Assembly: GCF_009914755.1 (NCBI RefSeq)
Contig: NC_060930.1
Reading direction: 5' to 3' (one strand)
DNA from: the human T2T-CHM13v2.0 reference genome, Homo sapiens
DNA length: 64,000 nucleotides
The position numbers were made by a program, and so were the translations under genes. Numbering within the stretch: the stretch's first letter is position 1; each line of letters starts with the position of its first letter. Below the pieces are notes generated by a model. That model was not told the DNA's origin and ran no database searches. It was given only the letters and a program-made list of their open reading frames with translations. Shown here piece after piece: positions 29,731 to 52,270 of the stretch.

Positions 29731-29858
29731 AATGAGTTAGAAAACCTTCCAATATGTTATTGTTTATTATCATGCCAGCTTCGTGCATGAAACTTTCAAT
29801 GAGTTAGAAAACCTTCCAATATGTTAGTTTTAGTATCATCCCAGCTAAGTGCATGAAA
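29731..29858. repeat. Tandem duplication, 67-bp period, about 2 copies
   Basis: aatgagttagaaaaccttccaatatgtta starts at 29731 and 29798. Confidence 0.92.
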
Positions 29859-30280
29859 AGAATATATTAAAGAACTGTAGTGAGTGAATGAAGATTCCAG
29901 AAGTTTTGGGGTTTGCTGGAAAATGTATTATAGCATCAAGACTCCTAGAAATAGATTATTGTACTATAATGGCTGCCCAAAGGACTTTGTGTACTTTATC
30001 TTACCCATCATACCTGTGTACTTACTATTCTGCCACCAATCCAAGTTTTTATTTTCTATTTGAAATTTTAATATAATCTCCTTAACTAGCCTTCTTAGTC
30101 ATTATTTTTTTCTCTAATGTATTCTAAACATTGTTGCTAGATTAATTGTAAAGCACTGTATGTGTTCTGTAAGCCTTTGTTTTATAATGCCTTAACTTGA
30201 TGTCCCTATTTGTTTCCATCTCTTCTTTCAAACTGATATTGTCCTTTTTACATAAAGCACTTGTCTTTAAGAGAACTTAT

Positions 30281-30583
<303 letters not shown>

Positions 30584-31643
30584 TTATATCACAGCAGGAA
30601 AGTTGTAAGGTATTTTATTATTTAATGTAATGAATAATAACTGTTTCTTTTCTGGTAAAGGTTCATGGTTCTAGGATACAATATGATCAAAAGAAAAAAA
30701 ATTGTTTATAGGAGAAAATGAAATGTGAACCTGATTTCTTAGCAGAGCACAGCTCTATGAGAATCCGGCAAATTTTTCTTTTCCATCAAAAACCCTAAGC
30801 TTCTCACAATTTAAAAACTAAAGTTTCAGAAGTACCCTGGAGATTCGAAGCAAATTATATATAAATTGTCTACCCTTTATTGCCCAATAATATTGTAACA
30901 TATGTCAGTGTTTTTAGGGATTTATGAAATTTGTGTTTTGTTACAGCCCTCATACTGCAGACTGTCTTTCCTGGTTTCTGTCAATTAACAAAAATGTCAC
31001 TGTGTGTCACTTAGCACCTCAAAAATGTTCAGGAGTGCCCTGTAACTTTTACGGCTTTCTCCCACATTAATGCTGTTATTTATAACTCTTCAGTGTGATG
31101 AGTAAGGTTTTGCTGGTGATTTAGACATTTAATTAGAAAGTTGCATATTTAGTCTTAAAGCTGTTTATGAAGAACTACATTAAAATTTGGATGAATTTTT
31201 TCTAATAGGTTATATTTGCTACAGTGAAGAAAAACTTTGTAAATTTAGTTAAAAAAATAAAAGGCAGTATATGTAACATAAAATGTGTCAGTTTAAAAAA
31301 TTATAATGCTAAATGAAATATTCCAGCCAAAAAATATAATGTAGAAATTTGCAGTGTGGTATTAACCTTACTTGTAGCATGAGATTTTTAGCAAAGGGCA
31401 TTCTTCATTGAAGAATAATTAGTGGATCTGTATCTTCTTCAGATGGCGTAAATAAAAAGATGATTTGATATTTTCTTCTTGAACATAACTTCCTTATATT
31501 TTGTAGTGAAATGATTTATCTGCCAAGTTATGATTAATCTGAGAAACAGGTTTTAAATGTTTTACTATGTTTAATGTTTTATAAAATTCTACACTTGCTT
31601 ATTATTAGATAATTTAATCATTTTAATTTGCTCAGTGATATAA

Positions 31644-31965
<322 letters not shown>

Positions 31966-32141
31966 AATTGGCATTATTTAGAAGCGTCCATTTTATTTAA
32001 AAGCAAGTGCTTTTTTAAAGAAGTAAAATGGCATATATTATTAGGAATACCACATATGCACAAATTCATTTTTCAAATGAGAAGATATAAAACCAAGGTT
32101 TTCATTCAGTTTAAATTTAGAAACTTTCACAATGTAGATGA

Positions 32142-32465
<324 letters not shown>

Positions 32466-32586
32466 AGTGTCTACTTATAATATTAATGTGTGACTTACTT
32501 AGATATTTCTAAATGACAAATACTTAGATATCACTTCCTTCAATTCCTTTATCTTATGCAACAATTTTATTTAAATGCTTTATGTC

Positions 32587-32893
<307 letters not shown>

Positions 32894-32987
32894 TCATCAT
32901 TATTGACACTTTTTGCATCAGCTAACATTTTTCCAAAACATATAATGCGAACATCCACGTATGCTAGAATGTTTCGCAAGCTACTCC

Positions 32988-33450
<463 letters not shown>

Positions 33451-33959
33451 AGTACCCATGCTTAATGTCCCCAAATAATTTGTTATTTCCCAGAGAAACC
33501 AGTTAACACATTCCTTTCAGATGCAATCTTTAGAAAGTATGTTTAGTGACATTCTAGACTTTGCAATTAATTATTGTAGTAATTGCTAAATTTATTTTAT
33601 ATTTGCTTTCTCTTTTTATATTATAAAAATCTTCACACTGAAAAGTTGAAAGACTTTTGCAGTGAACATTTATATAACTCCCCGCTAAATTTTACTATTA
33701 GCATTTTATTGTATTTGCTTTCCATATATCTATTCATCCCTGTATATATTCATTTATCTTGTTTTTTAATACATTTCAAAATACTTGCCTCCTTTTTTGA
33801 ATGTCTCTTCTGTAAAATAATTAATTCAGGCTATAATAGGCTTAATGTGTCTTTTCCACATTGAAATAATTAGTTAGAAAATACCATGTTGTAACCACCA
33901 GTAATAAGTAATTCAGTCAAGGACCTTCAGTGATGGGAAACCATTGAGTGAAAGTCAGA

Positions 33960-34046
33960 CCCCCATGACATGCAATTTACCTGTATAACAAACCTGCACA
34001 TGTACCCCTGAACCTAAAATAAAAGTTAAAAAAAGAAAAAAAAAAG
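33960..34046 (+). mobile_element. Short L1 3'-end fragment with AATAAA and A-tail
   Basis: ccccatgacatgcaatttacctgtataacaaacctgcacatgtacccctgaacctaaaataaaag. Confidence 0.85.
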
Positions 34047-34275
34047 AGGAAAGAAAGACTGATGGAAGGGATGTGACAAGAATGTTAACAGTTTAACAGT
34101 TAGTGGGTTTAGATAAGCAATGTTTAGGTGTTCATTATAATGTTATACCAACTTCTCTGTGGGATTTTAAGAGATAAACGAGTAATATAAGAAACATTCT
34201 AAGTATTTGAATAAAAAAGTGAAGCCTGCCTTTCTTTGTAAGTCTAGAGCAATACTAATTCATCTTTTTTTTTAG

Positions 34276-34309
34276 TTTTGTTTAGATTTTATCAAGATAC
34301 AGCTAGACG
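34276..34309 (+). CDS. SENP6: SENP6 exon 12, 34-nt small exon, FCLDFIKIQLD(E)
   Basis: tactaat branch-like motif, T-tract + AG; ACG|GTAAGC; needed to keep frame between exons 11 and 13. Confidence 0.94.
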
Positions 34310-34700
34310 GTAAGCTATTTTATGTCTTTTTACTTACCAAAGCTTTCTTTACACCAAAGCACTTTACAGGAATAAAAGATTAAATAATATTCATAGAATT
34401 TATTAAGATGGTTAGTTGTTACATATATCTTCTTATCAAAGGGCATATATCTTGCTGTAATTTCATTCAGAAATATCACAGAACCTAACTTTTTAGAAAC
34501 CCCTTTTCATTTGGAAAAAATAAAAAAGTTTCTTTAAGGCAGTTATAAAGATTTTTTTTATTACCCACAAGAGTAATGATTTATAGAGCATAATAAATAT
34601 GTGCTTACATTTACTTAAACTTGTATTTCCTCACAATTTCCCCCATTCATGATATTACCCTCTTAAGAATTATTTTTCCATTTCATTTGTTTTCCTCCAG

Positions 34701-34895
34701 AACCAGACCATGATCCTGTAGAGATTATATTAAATACCTCTGATCTAACTAAATGTGAATGGTGTAATGTCCGAAAATTACCTGTAGTGTTTCTTCAAGC
34801 AATTCCAGCAGTTTATCAAAAGCTGAGCATCCAACTGCAAATGAATAAGGAGGATAAAGTTTGGAATGATTGTAAAGGAGTAAATAAATTAACAA
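34701..34895 (+). CDS. SENP6: SENP6 exon 13, 195 nt, [15 protein letters not shown]...KGVNKLT(N)
   Basis: tttcctccAG; CAA|GTAAGT; open frame. Confidence 0.96.
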
Positions 34896-34959
34896 GTAAG
34901 TTGTGTAAAACAGATTATAATAGATAATAATAGATACTGTATTTACAATATCTGTTAAA

Positions 34960-35170
34960 TAGCAAAATGTGAGTGCACTTTGACAGATGCCTTAGGTGTA
35001 TATTATCTACAATTGTCACAGCCACCTTGTGAAATAGATATTACTTTCTCCATTTTACAGATGAGGAAAAACTCACAGAAAGTGGAAGGGCTGAAGATAA
35101 AACCCAGACTTACTCATTTACAAAGTTTCTAAGTGGATTAAAACCCAAAAGATCTGCACTCTTAACTAAC
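34960..35170 (-). mobile_element. MIR
   Basis: ctccattttacagatgaggaaaactca core. Confidence 0.7.
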
Positions 35171-35869
35171 ACTGTAATCTGAGTAAAATAAAATTTTTTA
35201 ACTGATAGGAATATTAAATGTAAATCAGCCATATAAATCTGGAAATCTTGAAACTTGGCCTGAATAGGAAGTTGTTAAGTTCCTAAAATGGGCCTTAAGT
35301 CTTTATAATACATAGATGTGGTTCTCCAGGTTTTTTTCCTTCACCTTTAACACTTAAAGCATGGCTTGACTGCTTAGAAGATATACACATTTCAGCAGTA
35401 ATTGCTGCTTCAGCTTAATTATGAAAAAATGTTAGCTACCACTAAATTTGCAAGAGTTGGCACATTAGTGAAAAGCTGTTTTGCAGTTAGATTCTCTTGA
35501 GATACTACCAGTTCACATGGCAATTTTCTATTTGTGTTTGACAAAAATGTTAACTATTATATCTTTAAGACTATAGATTTAGATTTATTAGATGAAGTGA
35601 ATTAGTTACATACGTGAATAGATTTGTTCTTGAACTGTTGTTAGAGTAATGTATTCTGGTTCCTTCCAATAACTTAGGTGACATTGGCATGTAACACATA
35701 CTGGTCTTTCCAGTGATTGTTGTGTATCCACTGTATGTCAGACATTGTTGTGGACCTTTATACTGGGATTTCTGATTATCCTCCTGGAAAGAATTAATAA
35801 TTACTCCTTTTAAAAGTATCTATTTACTTCTTTTGTGTTTTTTTTGGACTTATATTTATTTCTTTTCAG

Positions 35870-36096
35870 ATTTAGAAGAACAATATATAATTTTAATTTT
35901 TCAAAATGGCCTTGATCCTCCGGCAAATATGGTATTTGAAAGTATCATTAATGAAATTGGTATAAAGAATAACATCTCCAATTTTTTTGCGAAAATTCCC
36001 TTTGAAGAAGCTAATGGCAGACTTGTTGCCTGTACAAGAACCTATGAAGAGAGCATCAAAGGAAGTTGTGGGCAAAAGGAAAACAAAATTAAAACT
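35870..36096 (+). CDS. SENP6: SENP6 exon 14, 227 nt, (N)[13 protein letters not shown]...KENKIKT
   Basis: tcttttcAG; ACT|GTAATT; ORF 35833..36141. Confidence 0.96.
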
Positions 36097-37422
36097 GTAA
36101 TTATGTTTTTTAATTTAAAAATATTCTTAAATTGTGGGTAGTTTTAAAGGGAAATATGTTTTATTTTAATACTGTTCATTTCAGTGTTAAATCTTTTTAA
36201 TTTTATTTCAGAATTACTTACTTTTTTGTGTGATTTGTAAACTACCTTGTGTCAAAACAGTGGTGGGTAGGTGCCAAATACCACTTGATACAGGTCTCAG
36301 AAGCATTTTTGGTTCCTCCACATTCTATCCTTATCTTTACTTTTCATCATCATTTTCTCTGTCATCCTTTTTTCTTTATACCCTACTTCCAACATATATA
36401 TGCACACACTGCTACATTCAAATGGATTGGTTACCCTGTGTCTTACGTTTGAAGAAATTGTGGTCCGTGGTGTACATTTGTATGTAATATAGGCATATAT
36501 GGTTGAAAACTTGAGAGATGAAGAATACATGCTATTTGATCTTTATTGTCAAAACATGTATCTAGTACTAAAATAACTATTCATATAGGTAGGTAACTCT
36601 GAAGCCACCTGAAGCAAAGGCCACAATACTACTAAACACATAGTATAATGGTAAATAATACAAACATAATTTTAAAACTCTAAGTTTATTTCCTATTACA
36701 GCAACTTAGCTTTGCTGACCTAATTTATTGGGAACAGATCTCTCACACTGCCTACAAACTTGGAAATATGGCTATCCACAGCGCAATCTTGGTGATAGTT
36801 GAGCAAGGACTCCCCAGAGAAGAGCTGTAAATATAGTTAAGTGGGTTGAGAAAAGAACAAAAGAAGAAAGGGAAATGGTTCTTTTTCTTTTGCATAGTTT
36901 GCATGGGAGACAGTGCCAGAGGAAGAAAAGAGCAGCATAATGCCACTGGGATGGACTCAAACTTCAGAGGAAGGTTCTTTCCTCCAAGGAACCCCTGTTT
37001 CACTTAGCTTTATGGAGGGCTGAAACTCATTAGACTGTGTTCCCTGAGCCTCTGCCCCTACATCTTATAGATTGCCTAGCCATTGAACTAAGAGGCAAAA
37101 ACCACTTTGGTTTTTTTGAAAGGTTATTTGAATTTTACCAGCATTATTTAATTTCATGTAGATAGTAGAGAGAGAAGTAAGATACTGGAAAATTACTGTT
37201 ACATAAGTTGGGAGAGTATCACTATCTAGAAGCTACAGATAATAAGAAAGTGGCCCCTAGTTTTGCCTGTTTCTTGTTTTTAATTGTTAAGTATCATGCA
37301 TACTTTTTAGTTCCACATTTTTAATCCTTTTGCATTGAAAAGCATTCTTGCCTTGTGCTTACCCTTTTTATTGAAACTTTTCCTAATTGACTGTAAATTG
37401 CTAATTTAATTTCCTTTACCAG

Positions 37423-37532
37423 GTATCATTTGAATCTAAAATACAACTTAGAAGCAAACAAGAATTTCAGTTTTTTGATGAAGAAGAAGAAACTGGAGAA
37501 AACCACACCATCTTCATTGGCCCAGTAGAAAA
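37423..37532 (+). CDS. SENP6: SENP6 exon 15, 110 nt, [36 protein letters not shown](K)
   Basis: ttcctttaccAG; AAA|GTGAGA; in frame. Confidence 0.96.
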
Positions 37533-37650
37533 GTGAGAGAATTCCTTTATATTTGCAATGATCTTAAATGTCTTTCTCTGTTTTATTACATTTCAGTTGT
37601 GTATATATATATAGATTTGTTTATTTGCTTGCCTTCTAATTTTGTTACAG

Positions 37651-37767
37651 GTTGATAGTATATCCACCACCTCCAGCTAAGGGAGGCATCTCTGTTACCA
37701 ATGAGGACCTGCACTGTCTAAATGAAGGAGAATTTTTAAATGATGTTATTATAGACTTTTATTTGAA
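37651..37767 (+). CDS. SENP6: SENP6 exon 16, 117 nt, (K)[38 protein letters not shown](K); start of peptidase C48 domain with SENP6/7 loop-1
   Basis: tttgttacAG; GAA|GTAAGT; Ulp1-family motif LNDVIIDFY. Confidence 0.97.
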
Positions 37768-37968
37768 GTAAGTTAATTTTCCACTGATCTTTTATTAAAT
37801 CTTTAACATTCCGTCATATCTTATGTCTTTGTTTTCCAGAGTCAGGCTTTTTGAGTTTTAAATTCCATCTCTGCCACTTACTGTGTGACATTTGGGGAGT
37901 TATTTTTTCTGTTTCTGTCTTTGCACATTTTAAAAATGAGAATTCTATCTAAAAAGTTGTGAAAATTG

Positions 37969-38263
37969 GGCCAGGGAGATATCTGGCTTATGTCTATAAT
38001 CCTGACACTTTGGGAGGTCAAGGTGGGAGGATCGCTTGAGCCCAAGAGTTCACGACCAGCCTGGGAAACAAAGTGAGACCTTGTCTCCACAAAAAATTTA
38101 AAAATTAGCCAGGCATATACCTATAGTCCCAGCCACTTGGGAGGCTCAGACAGGACGATTACCTGAGCCCATGAGTTCGAAGTTGCACTGAGCCATGATG
38201 GCGCCACTGCACTCCAGCCTGGTCAACAAAGCAAAACTCTACCCCCACACCCACCCCCGAAAA
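37969..38263 (+). mobile_element. AluJ within a MIR (MIR ~37850-38330)
   Basis: dimer; flanks agttgtga(a/g)aatt. Confidence 0.85.
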
Positions 38264-38899
38264 CAGGAGTTGTGAGAATTAAATGAGATCGTACATATCA
38301 AGTAGTAGGAAAAATGCCTAGTACAGTGTTAGAAGTTTATGGTCTTGTAGGAAGCACAAATACAGAATTAAAGCAATGATAGAAGCATTAACATGGTACA
38401 GTCCTAGCAGATGAGAGAATGCTTCATTATCTTTGGAGGTTGGGAGATATGAGGGACCAGGAAGCTTTCCTGGAAGAGCTTACATTATGACCCAATATAC
38501 ATTATGACCCAACATAACACATGTATACACCTATGTGCAATGTGTTTATACATTTATCAATTTGTATGTTTTTACTGGTTTGTGATATAAAATGGACATG
38601 TATATGAAATAAAACAGAACTTAGCATCAGTATGCATAGTTCTCTGTAATATTTTCTAGTTTCTTATACTGTGTTTCATTAAACAAAACAAAACTTTTAA
38701 AAATTGATGCTGGAATCTGCTGAATTGATTTTATAGCCTATTGGTGGTTGCAACTCAGTTTGGTGGGAAAACACATTGTTATAAAGAGCAAAGTTTTGAT
38801 CAGAGAAATGATATCATAATTGAATTTCTGTTAAGACCATTTTGATAGGCATGACATCGTGGAAGTCTAGATGAGAGGTGATTTAAGGAAATTTAATTA

Positions 38900-39480
38900 A
38901 GATGATTTAAGAAGCCTATTTAAGATATTTTAGTTGAAATGATGAGACATTTTATGAGGTAGAATTGTTTACTATATAGAATTAGTAGTACTCCAGGACT
39001 AATTAAGTGGATATTAAGGAGGAGAGGAAAGGGTACCAGGTAGCTCCTAGTTTTCTGGCTCACAAGACCTGCTAAATGATGTTGGCACTAAAGCAGTGAA
39101 TGCAGAAGGAGAACAGGCTTGGGTGAGGAGGGGATAAGTTCCCTTTTAGAGGTCTGTGATATAACAAAAGGACAGTGCCAATAAGCAGTTGAGCAAATGG
39201 TGCTAGAGTTTGGTTGAGTTCTGACCAACAGAGATGGTAAGATGTTGTTTAATTGTGAGAATGAATGAAATTGCTTATGTAGGGATATAGAATGAGAAAA
39301 AGAGTATACGGACAGATCCTGGAGATTACATTTTAAGAGATAGACCGGGAATAAAAAGGCTCCCATGAATAATTTCCAAAGCTGTTGAAGAAGTAAGAAG
39401 AGAAATTGAAGGGAAGTGAGAGCTTTAAAGGAGATTATACTCAGTGTTAACAATATAGCAGAGATCAAGGCAGATAAGGG
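38900..39480 (-). mobile_element. L2 remnant
   Basis: ctcctagttttctggct...gaaggagaacaggcttgggtg... L2 body pattern. Confidence 0.5.
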
Positions 39481-39499
39481 CTAACTAAGTATAATTTTG

Positions 39500-41232
39500 A
39501 GTTCACAATGACCCCAAGGTAATTAAGTTAACTATACAGCCTGGACTTGCACCCCTGAACTCCATTAGAGATGGTATCAGTGGAAGCCTATTGGAGGAGT
39601 CCCACCCCCATCCATCAGTAACAGGGAGCTCTCTGGTATCAGTGGAGGTCTAGTAGAGAACATGTACTTTTAGTCCCACCTCACAATAATGAGGTAACAC
39701 CCTACTACCCACTGGAGTGTGGTGCTAGAGGAAGTCTGCTAAAACACAAGAATTATATTGCTCTACATAGTTGCCAGCAAAAACAAAAACCATAGTACTC
39801 AAAATGTCCAGATTTCAAAATGAAAATCATTTGCCTTACCCAGAATCAGGAAGATCTCAAACTGAATGAGAAAAGAATATCAATAGACATTAACACCAAG
39901 AAGACACAAATGTCAGAATTATTTGACAAAGATTTTAAAGCATCTGATACAGTTGAGGTTTGTGTCCCCGCCCAAATCTCATGTCCATTTGTAATCCACA
40001 ATGTTGGAAGAGGGGCCTTGTGGGAGGTGATTGGATTCTGGGGGCAGATTTCCCCCTTTCTATCCTTGTTACATTGAGTAAGTTCTCACAAGTTCTGGTT
40101 GTTTATAAAAGTGTGTAGCACCTCCCCCTTTGCTCTCTGTTACTCCTGCTCTGGCCATGTAAGATGTATGTCCTTCCTCTTCACCTTCCCTCATGATTCC
40201 AAGTTTCCTGAGGCCTCCACAGCTACGCTTCCTGTATAGCCTGTGGATCTGTGAGTCAATTAAACCTCTTTTCTTTATAAATTACCCAGTCTCAGGTATT
40301 TCTTTTTTTTTTTTTGGAGATGGAGTCTTGCTCTCTCACCCAGTCTACAGTGCAGTGGCGCGATCTTGGCCCACGGCAGCCTTTGCCTTCTACATTCAAG
40401 CAGTCCTTCCACCTCAGCCTCCCAGGTAGCTTGGATTACAGGTACTCACCACCACACCCAGCTAATTTTCAGGTAGTTCTTTAGAGCAGTGAGAGAACGG
40501 ACTGATACAGCATCCATCATAAAAATGTTTTAATGAACATGATGACAACTCTTGAAACAAATGAAAACTCAAAACAATATAAAGAAGAAACAAATGGATG
40601 GGTCATGCCTGTAATCCTAGCAATTTTGGAGGCCAAGGTGGGAGGATCACTTGAGGCCAGGAGTTTGAGACCAGCCTGGGCAACATAGCAAAATCCTCAT
40701 CTCTACAAAAAAACAAAAATATAAAAAACAAGGAAGAAACAAATGGAAATTTTAGAACTCAAAATACAAAACTGAAATAATGACTTCAGGGGCTGGGCTC
40801 AATAGCAGAATGGAAAAGACAGAGGAAAGAATCAGTGAACTGTCTACAAGGAATGTCAAAGTAATGATATTAAATAGGTTGAAAGAAAAAGGATGGAAAA
40901 GATAAACCATACAAACATTAAACACAAGAAAGCAGAGTCTGACAAATAAACTTCTGAGGAAAGAAAATTACCAGGGATCAAGAAGGATGTTATGTAATGA
41001 TAAAGGAATGATCCACCAAGAAAACATACTAATCCTATGTACTAAACAACAGAACTATAAAATGTGTGAAGCAAAAACTGATAGACCTGAAAGGAGAAAC
41101 AGACAAATCCACAAATAAAATTGGAGATGTTAGTACCCCTCTCTCAACAATTGATAGAACAACTAGAAAGAAAATCAACAAGGATATAGAAGAACTCGAC
41201 AACACCATCAACCAGCAGGATCTACTCAACAT
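39500..41232 (+). mobile_element. Old L1M (5' region and ORF2 endonuclease remnant), host of the MST LTR, an Alu monomer (~40600-40730) and the L1PA
   Basis: ORF 41066 KQKLIDLKGETDKSTNKIGDVSTPLSTIDRTTRKKINKDIEEL is L1 EN-like; left boundary approximate. Confidence 0.75.
39945..40509 (+). mobile_element. MST-type (ERVL-MaLR) solo LTR interrupted by an antisense Alu right arm (~40302-40470)
   Basis: TG...CA ends; 5-bp TSD GCATC; tgagtcaattaaacctcttttctttataaattacccagtctcagg motif; inner Alu TSD caggta(t/g)ttcttt. Confidence 0.88.
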
Positions 41233-41246
41233 CAGGATTATATTCT

Positions 41247-47389
<6,143 letters not shown>

Positions 47390-47476
47390 CAGGATTATAT
47401 TCTATTTAGTTTAAACTGTGCCCCCATTTCAAGGACACCATTTTTCCTTTTGGTGTGTTTCAAAGTTCTTCATAGC

Positions 47477-48089
<613 letters not shown>

Positions 48090-48413
48090 TCTTTATAGAT
48101 AAGTCAAAAGATGTTATCTCTTTTTTAAGTGATCCATACAAGTGGCCAAAAAGCATATGAAAGATGCTCAACATCAGTAATCATTAGAGAAATGCAGCAT
48201 CAAAACAATATAACACAGTGTCATCTCACATCCATTAGGATGGCTACTATTAAAACAAAAACAAAAAAAAACAGAAAATAAGTGTTGGTGAGGATGTGGA
48301 GAAATTGAAACTGTTATAAAATGGTGCTGCCACTGTGGAAAACAGTGCGTAGGCTCCTCAAAAAATTTGAAATAGAACTACAATATGATCCAGCAATCCC
48401 ACTTCTGGGTATA

Positions 48414-48737
48414 CAGTCTCGTGCCACATAACGTTTCAGTCAATTATGGACCATATGTGATAGTGAGCCCATAAGATTATAATAACGTATTTTTACTGTA
48501 CCTTTTCTCTGGGCACACAAATAGTTTCCATTGTGTCACAGTTGCCTATGGTATTCAGTACGGTAACATACTATACAGGTGTATAGTGTAGAAGCAGTAG
48601 GTTATACCATATAGCCTAGGTGTATAGGACACTATGCCACCTCGGATTGTATAAGTACACTCTATGATGCACAACTTCAAATTACCTCATGATGCCTTTC
48701 TCAGAACATAACCCCATTCTTAAGCACTGCATGACTG
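48414..48737 (+). mobile_element. Tigger3/MER7-type DNA transposon inserted at TA in an old L1
   Basis: termini cagtc.../...catgactg; cccataagattataata...tttttactgtaccttttct core; L1 sequence resumes on both sides. Confidence 0.8.
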
Positions 48738-48765
48738 GATGTCCAAAAGAACTGAAAGCAGCGTC

Positions 48766-49111
<346 letters not shown>

Positions 49112-49513
49112 TGAGTGGTGGAAACAATCCTGCTGTCCATTGATGAACGGATAAACCAAATGTGGTGTATACATATAATGCAATATGTATACATTTCCTT
49201 CCTTAAAAAGGAAGGAAATACTGTTACTTGCTTTAACATAGATGAACCTTGAGGTCATTGTGCCAAGCACAGTAAGTCAGTCACAAAAGTATGATTTCTG
49301 TTATATGAGGTATCTAAAGTAGTCAAATTCATAGAAACAGAAAATAGAATTGATGTTTACTGGGATTTGAGGGGAAGGGGAAAAGGAGTTGTTTAATAGA
49401 CATATGTTCAGTTTTGCAAAACAAAGTTACTGGAGATCTGTTTTTAACACTGTGCATATACTTTACACTGCTGAACTCTACACTCAGAATGGTTAACATG
49501 ATAAATTTTATAT

Positions 49514-50235
49514 GTTTGTTTTTGTTTTTTTGTTTTTTGTTTTTTTTTTTTGAGATGAGAGTCTCGCTCTGTCACCCAGGCTCTGGAGTGCAGTGGTGCA
49601 ATCTCGGCTCACTGCAAGCTCCGCCTCACGGGTTCATGCCATTCTCCTGCCTCAGCCTCCTGAGTAGCTGGGACTACAGGCGCTCACCACCACACCTGGC
49701 TAATTGTTTTGTATTTTTATTAGAGATGGGATTTCACCTTGTTGGCCACGCTGGTCTTGAACTTCTGTCCTCAAGTGATCCCCCCTGCCCCCCATCAGCT
49801 TCCCAAAGTGCTGGGATTACAGGCATGAGCCACTGTGCTCAGCCTAATTTTTTTTTTTTTTTTTTAATAGAGGCAGGATCTCCCTGTGTGCCCAGGCTGG
49901 TCTCAAATTTCTGGGCTGAAGCGATCCTCCCACCTTGGCCTCCAAAGTGCTGGAATTACAGGCGATTACCATTCCCAGCTAAAATTTTTTTTTTTTTTTC
50001 AAAGACAGATTCTTACTTTGTCGTTCAGGTTGGAGAGCAGTGACGCAATCACGACTCACTGAAGCCCAGACCTCCCTGGCTCAAGTGATCCTCCTGCCTC
50101 AGCCTCTCAAGTAGCTGGGACTACATGTGCGAGCTACCACACTCTGCTAATTTTTAAAATTTTCTTGGAGATATAGGGTCTTCCTGTGTTGCCCAGGCTA
50201 TTCTCAAGGGATCCTCCCACCACTGTGCCCAGCCC
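49514..50235 (-). mobile_element. Cluster of 2-3 antisense Alus or arms
   Basis: successive poly(T)-headed Alu segments. Confidence 0.85.
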
Positions 50236-50399
50236 AAAATCACTGTTTAACTTCATCTTATAGTTAAAGGAGTTCTGATGATGTTAGATTTTCCATTTTA
50301 TGGAATAGCAACTAAACAGCTTCACCAGCATTCAGTATTTAAATGATGTATGCACTTAGAGAAATTGGTGCACCCAAATGGAAGAAATTCCCATAAGGC

Positions 50400-50995
<596 letters not shown>

Positions 50996-51177
50996 TCCCA
51001 TAAGTTTTTGTGGTAAGCTTGGGTTTTCCCTTTAATTCTAAAATGAGAGATATGATTATTATTTTAAAGTTAATAGTTGTGACACATGTACACTTAAAAA
51101 ATCTAGAACTGTAGTCACAGAAATCTTATGGGTGCATATCAGAAAAACGAAACTAGTTACTTTAAAAGCATAAATTA

Positions 51178-51480
51178 GGCCAGGTGCAGTGACTCACACC
51201 TATAATCCCAGTACTTTGGGAGGCTGATGCTGGAGGATTGCTTCAGGCAAGGAGTTCAAGACCATATTGGGCAATATAGCAAGACCCTTGTCTCTACAAA
51301 AACATACAAAAAAAAAATTAGTTGGGCATGGTAGTGCAGGCCTGTGGTCCCAGCTACTCAGGAGAGTGAAGTGAGGGATCACTTGAGCCCAGGAGTTTGA
51401 GGTTGCAGTGAGCTGTGACCATGCCACTGCACTCCAGCCTGGGCGAGAGAGTGAGACTTTATCTCAAAGAAATAAATAAA
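51178..51480 (+). mobile_element. AluJ
   Basis: full dimer. Confidence 0.88.
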
Positions 51481-51485
51481 GCACA

Positions 51486-51862
51486 GGCTGGGTGTGGTGG
51501 CTCAAACCTGTAATCCTGGAGGCTTCCCAGGCTAGTGCCTGAGCCCCACATCCCTCACCCCCCATCCTCCCCGCATCCCACTCCTACCTCACACCTGGCC
51601 CTGTGGCTCTTCCTCCTTCCCTTCCCCCGCCAAAAAAAAAAAATCTGTAATCCTAGCACTTGGGACGCCAAGGCAAGCAGACCACCTGAGCCCAGAAGTT
51701 CGAGATCAGCCTGGACAACGTGGCGAAACCCCATGTTTACCCCCACCAAAAAAAAACAAAGTTAGCCAGGTATGGTGGCGTATGCCTGTAGTTCCAGCTA
51801 CTCTGGAGGAAGAGGTAAGAGGATGGCTTCAGCCCAGGAGGCGGAGGCTGCAGTGAGCCACT
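51486..51862 (+). mobile_element. Alu interrupted by a non-Alu retroposed insert (51518-51640)
   Basis: Alu sequence resumes after duplicated ctgtaatcct. Confidence 0.87.
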
Positions 51863-51941
51863 ATGTCCAGCTCAGTTGTCTTATATCACAAATACATTTC
51901 CTTTTTTTAAGGTGAATATCCCTTTATTCAGTTAAGTTTTA

Positions 51942-52270
<329 letters not shown>

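Noticed and set aside
29731-29858. CRISPR-like direct repeats
   Set aside because: Only two copies, the intervening sequence is also duplicated, and the context is a human intron
37421-37430. AG|GTATCATT resembling a U12 5' splice site
   Set aside because: It is the coding start of exon 15 and does not match GTATCCTT
38481-38514. 17-bp tandem duplication (similar ones at ~6048, ~54221 and ~59138)
   Set aside because: Ordinary slippage duplications with no further structure
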